A DNA stretch of 64,000 nucleotides from Candidatus Subterrananammoxibius californiae (lineage in GTDB: Bacteria; Planctomycetota; Brocadiia; Brocadiales; Subterrananammoxibiaceae). The stretch is taken from the NCBI GenBank assembly GCA_030586555.1, contig JAURAC010000004.1:32001-96000 (forward strand), written 5' to 3'. Of the stretch, positions 60,258 to 64,000 are shown piece after piece. The notes below the pieces were generated by a model. That model did not search any database. It was not told the origin of the DNA and worked only from the letters and a program-made list of their open reading frames with translations. The position numbers were made by a program, and so were the translations under genes. The first letter of the stretch is position 1. Every line of letters begins with the position of its first letter.

Positions 60258-60421
60258 AAGCTGGCCTCCCCCCTCATCTGTCGATAAGGGATGTCACAAC
60301 AAAATTAATTTTATATGTTAATCTGCCCATTCCTGCAAGTTTTCTATAACGAGCTTCTTCTTCCGCCTGAGGCGGACTCAGAATGGCAAGTCTTAAGAGG
60401 AATAGAATTTGTAAACAACCC

Positions 60422-61048
60422 CTACTTGGAACAATGTTCTACAATTAGTTGTTCTTGCGTTTCAATAGAAACGTCTTCCCTTGTTGGGAGTTGCATTACA
60501 CGACCTTCAAGTGCATCCTCATTTAAATCAAGCCATGACGGTCTGCTCCGTCCTTTGCTTGATTCTACGTGGGTTTTTATAAGGTTAATAGTAGCTTCCT
60601 TATTAACAGGCTTAATGACATCTCCCACCTTTACTATATAGGATGGCACGTTCACTTTCCTATCGTTTACCATAATATGGCCATGACGAATAACCTGGCG
60701 TGCATGCTTGCGTGAAAGTCCAAATGTCAGGTGATATACAATGTTATCAAGCCTTCTTTCCAATAAAAACAGAAGGGTTTCCCCCGTGTTGCCTTTCTTC
60801 TGTTCGGCAGCGTTAAAGTAGGTACGAAACTGCCTTTCTAAAACGCCGTAAAATCTCTTTACCCTTTGTTTTTCCCTGAACTGGGTACCGTATTTTGATA
60901 GTTTTGTACCTTTCCATGATTGCATACCGGGAGGAAATTTCCTCCTGGTAACAGCACATTTTACAGTATGACACCTGATACCTTTAAGATATAACTTAAC
61001 TCCTTCCCTTCTGCATATCCTGCACGACGCACCTAAGGTTCTTGCCAT
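60422..61048 (-). CDS. rpsD: 30S ribosomal protein S4 (CxxC type)
   Basis: CRICRREG, EKQR, LERRLDN, ARQ...HGH. Confidence 0.98.
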   Translation of the reverse strand: MARTLGASCRICRREGVKLYLKGIRCHTVKCAVTRRKFPPGMQSWKGTKLSKYGTQFREKQRVKRFYGVLERQFRTYFNAAEQKKGNTGETLLFLLERRLDNIVYHLTFGLSRKHARQVIRHGHIMVNDRKVNVPSYIVKVGDVIKPVNKEATINLIKTHVESSKGRSRPSWLDLNEDALEGRVMQLPTREDVSIETQEQLIVEHCSK

Positions 61049-61137
61049 TATTGTCTTTCCTTTGAATGATTGTTCTATACAGTAACTTTAACCACTTAAT
61101 AGCACGGACAAGCGAGTTTGTCCATGCCACCAAAACT

Positions 61138-61521
61138 TCATACACGCCTTCTTTTTCGTGGTCTGCAGCCATTATGAGGAAGTGGCGTTACATCCTCAAT
61201 AGCTTTAACGTCAAGCCCTGCCGCCTGAAGCGCTGTTATTGCAGATTCCCTGCCGGAACCAGGTCCTTTGACCTTTATTTCAACCTCCCTGACACCAAGT
61301 TTCTGCGCCTTCTCGGCTGCGCTGGTCGCCGCACGCTGTGCGGCAAAGGGGGTGCTTTTGCGTGAGCCTTTGAAGCCTACCGTTCCAGCGCTTGCCCAGC
61401 AAATTGTTTCTCCAGCCAGGTCGGTAATAGTAATGTAAGTATTATTGAAGGTAGCTTTAATATTGGCAATAGCCTTTGCTACGTTACGTTTGACTTTTTT
61501 CTTGTGAACAGCATTTGTCAT
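61138..61521 (-). CDS. rpsK: 30S ribosomal protein S11
   Basis: [27 protein letters not shown]. Confidence 0.99.
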   Translation of the reverse strand: MTNAVHKKKVKRNVAKAIANIKATFNNTYITITDLAGETICWASAGTVGFKGSRKSTPFAAQRAATSAAEKAQKLGVREVEIKVKGPGSGRESAITALQAAGLDVKAIEDVTPLPHNGCRPRKRRRV

Positions 61522-61547
61522 TAGAGTATTCAGCCTCCCTTCGCTTA

Positions 61548-62399
61548 TTAATTTAATTCCCTGGAAAGTTCAGGGAAAAAGTCCTGTAGCTTAAAACGTG
61601 TCTTAAAGATTTTACTGAGTTCTAAATACTGCTTCATTCCTCTTTTACCCCTGCCTTTTGTTTTTCTGGCAGAGATTAAGATATTCTTGGGGCTCAACTT
61701 GGGAGGTACAACCTCCATAAGCTCTACATGATAGCCAGCGCCAACAAGAAATTGTGATCTGAGCGCCTCTGTTAAGATATCTGCAAACCTATAGCGTAAT
61801 ACACCAAATTCCGTCAAGCTTATCAAGGGATGAGAAAATCTAAGTTGGCTACGAATCTGGTTCTGGCAGCAAGGAACTACCATAATATACTTTGCGCCTA
61901 ATTTAATTCCCTTGGCTATTGCCTCATCTGTGGCAGTATCGCAGGCATGCAATGCAATGACAACGTCTACCTTCCCCTGATAAAGACCTTCAGGGACAGT
62001 CCCATCGGGCTGAAAGTTTATGGTTCGTCCATGCACAAATTGCATGTTTTTGTAACCAAGCGCAGAACTAATTTGTTCACATTTCTCTACAAGTGACTTA
62101 TTAATATCTACCCCAAAAAAGAAAGTCCTGGTTTTGTATGTATTACTGATAATATGATTAAGCACAAATGACAAATAGGACTTTCCACACGAGCATTCAA
62201 GGAATACCGTGTTGTCGCCCCTTAAAAGGGTGTCTGCTGCTTTCAGTATCTGTTCTGCAAAGCCCACTACCTCGCCAAATTTTTTTAGCTTTCTCCTGTC
62301 AACCGAACCGTCTGGTCCGTCTAACCCAATATGGTGAATAAAATTCTTAGATGAAGTTAATATCTCCGTCACGGTATCTTTATCAAGCATAATTCTCAC
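61548..62399 (-). CDS. SAM-dependent methyltransferase (Methyltransf_32-like)
   Basis: [32 protein letters not shown]. Confidence 0.85.
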   Translation of the reverse strand: MRIMLDKDTVTEILTSSKNFIHHIGLDGPDGSVDRRKLKKFGEVVGFAEQILKAADTLLRGDNTVFLECSCGKSYLSFVLNHIISNTYKTRTFFFGVDINKSLVEKCEQISSALGYKNMQFVHGRTINFQPDGTVPEGLYQGKVDVVIALHACDTATDEAIAKGIKLGAKYIMVVPCCQNQIRSQLRFSHPLISLTEFGVLRYRFADILTEALRSQFLVGAGYHVELMEVVPPKLSPKNILISARKTKGRGKRGMKQYLELSKIFKTRFKLQDFFPELSRELN

Positions 62400-62435
62400 G
62401 ATAAGAAAGTAAAGTCTGCCGAGGCAGACATGGGC

Positions 62436-62819
62436 TTACCCGATTTCTTTTACGCCCTTCTTTCCTGCAACGGTCTTTCTTCTGCCTTTCCTTGTTCGTG
62501 CATTGGTCCTTGTTCTTTGACCTCTAACAGGAAGACCCACTCTGTGGCGAACGCCTCTGTAACAAGCGATATTCTTTAGACGTGCAATGTTCTGTGCCTC
62601 CTGCCTGCGCAATTGTCCTTCAGTTATGTAATTCTTCTCGATATGCGAACCTAAGGCGCTAAGTTGTTCTTCGGTCAGGTCCTTTACACGCATATTTTCG
62701 TCTATACCGAGGGTTTTAAGAATATTTTGAGATAGCGCTGACCCTATTCCATAAATGTAGGTCAGGGCAACCACAGTCCGTTTGTCAGTGGGAATATCAA
62801 CTCCAGCAATCCTTGGCAT
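62436..62819 (-). CDS. rpsM: 30S ribosomal protein S13
   Basis: [33 protein letters not shown]. Confidence 0.99.
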   Translation of the reverse strand: MPRIAGVDIPTDKRTVVALTYIYGIGSALSQNILKTLGIDENMRVKDLTEEQLSALGSHIEKNYITEGQLRRQEAQNIARLKNIACYRGVRHRVGLPVRGQRTRTNARTRKGRRKTVAGKKGVKEIG

Positions 62820-62885
62820 TTAAACCTCCTTACCAACCCCCTCGCTTACCCTCCCCCTTTAAGGGAGAGGGGAGGGTGGGGGTGA

Positions 62886-63002
62886 TTAGCTACCCTGTCT
62901 TTGCTTATGTCTGGGGTTTGTGCATATTACACGGACAACGTTTTTCCGCCTGATGATCTTGCAATGTTCACAAATCCGTTTTACAGAAGACCTGACTTTC
63001 AT
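62886..63002 (-). CDS. rpmJ: 50S ribosomal protein L36 (below the ORF-track size cutoff)
   Basis: Translated by hand: [38 protein letters not shown]. Confidence 0.97.
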   Translation of the reverse strand: MKVRSSVKRICEHCKIIRRKNVVRVICTNPRHKQRQGS

Positions 63003-63013
63003 GTTTCACCTAT

Positions 63014-63232
63014 TTAAACCTGTCTGTAAATTATCCTTCCTTTATTTAGGTCGTAAGGAGACATTTCGATTGTTACTTTGTCCCCCGGTAGGATTCTAAT
63101 GAAATTCATTCTCATCTTGCCTGATACATGTGCAAGCACCTGGTGCCCGTTTGCCAGTTCTACGCGAAACATCGCATTAGGCAACGCCTCTTTTACAGTC
63201 GCTTCTACACGAATCGGCTCCTCTTTAGCCAC
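63014..63232 (-). CDS. infA: Translation initiation factor IF-1
   Basis: [21 protein letters not shown]. Confidence 0.99.
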   Translation of the reverse strand: MAKEEPIRVEATVKEALPNAMFRVELANGHQVLAHVSGKMRMNFIRILPGDKVTIEMSPYDLNKGRIIYRQV

Positions 63233-63342
63233 ATAAACTCCTCTAAAAACCTCATATCATCCACCGTTTTTCCTTTGTGGATTTAAAATACTTAGCTCTA
63301 TATTGTAAGAACATTTTGAAAAACCAATCCGTCTCTGGCGGA

Positions 63343-64000
63343 CTATTTTGTCAGTATTTCAGCGCTGTTATTGGTAACAACTACTGTATGTTCAAAATGG
63401 GCGGATGGTTTTCTATCCTTTGTTACCACCGTCCATTTATTAGGTAACACCTCAGTATCTGGCTTTCCAAGACATATCATAGGTTCTATAGCGAGGGTTG
63501 TTCCTGGCATTAGTATCTCATCTGCTTCTAATAGTGCCTTGCTAACAAAATTTGGAACCTGTGGGTCCTCATGCATTTTCCTACCTATGCCGTGCCCTGT
63601 ATACTCCCTGATTACGGAAAATCCATTAAATTCTACAAAATCCTGAATTGCCCGAGAAACTTCCGATAACTTAACATCTGCATGCAAGGCTTTGATAGCC
63701 AAATGGAGCGCTTCTTCACAAACCTCTACTAACTTTTTTACTTCGTCAGAAATTTCACCAATTGGAATGGTTATAGCTGCATCTGCGACATATTTGTGAT
63801 ATTCTACACCAATATCCACACCGATTATATCACCATTGTGGAGCTTTCTATGTCCCGGAATTCCGTGTACGACCTCTTCATTTATTGATGTACATATGCT
63901 CTTGGGGTAACCTCTATACCCTTTAAATACCGGTATGCCGCCTCTTTCCTGTACATACTTCTCTAATTCATCATTTAGAAAATCTGTAGTCACGCCCTTT
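63343..64000 (-). CDS. map: Type I methionine aminopeptidase, 5' end beyond the window
   Basis: SINEEVVHGIP, GHGIG, AIEPM, SAHFEHT. Confidence 0.97.
   Translation of the reverse strand, partial: KGVTTDFLNDELEKYVQERGGIPVFKGYRGYPKSICTSINEEVVHGIPGHRKLHNGDIIGVDIGVEYHKYVADAAITIPIGEISDEVKKLVEVCEEALHLAIKALHADVKLSEVSRAIQDFVEFNGFSVIREYTGHGIGRKMHEDPQVPNFVSKALLEADEILMPGTTLAIEPMICLGKPDTEVLPNKWTVVTKDRKPSAHFEHTVVVTNNSAEILTK

Overview
Bacterial chromosomal segment, most likely a planctomycete of or near Ca. Brocadiia (inferred from the RpoA N-terminus MRIRWRGFELP, a long L17 with inserts and a planctomycete-type cytochrome c domain). The housekeeping backbone comprises smc, nrdR-nrdD-nrdG, mnmE, yidC, scpA, nadD, pyrE, dprA, aroB, folC, pyrG, kdsB, maf, HIT and the map-infA-rpmJ-rpsM-rpsK-rpsD-rpoA-rplQ cluster. 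It is interrupted by several small AT-rich accessory inserts and by a ~20 kb cell-surface locus (sigma54 promoters, a c-di-GMP-I riboswitch, PEP-CTERM proteins, Thr-rich secreted beta-propellers and a lyase-like protein, GT-C glycosyltransferases). The best candidate for an undescribed system is a two-gene cassette (4-TM protein plus a ComEC-type metallo-beta-lactamase fused to an AGS-C-like domain). It is bounded by perfect 21-bp inverted repeats and 36-bp direct repeats just after a comM 3' fragment. Other notable items: a nucleoside 2-deoxyribosyltransferase + dGTPase pair, an NrdD lacking the RxxGY glycyl-radical motif, several small palindromic repeat families inserted in-frame in housekeeping genes, and several inactivated toxin-antitoxin genes. 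No rRNA, tRNA, CRISPR array, reverse transcriptase, integrase or transposase was recognised. All family calls come from motif recognition by eye, not from database searches.
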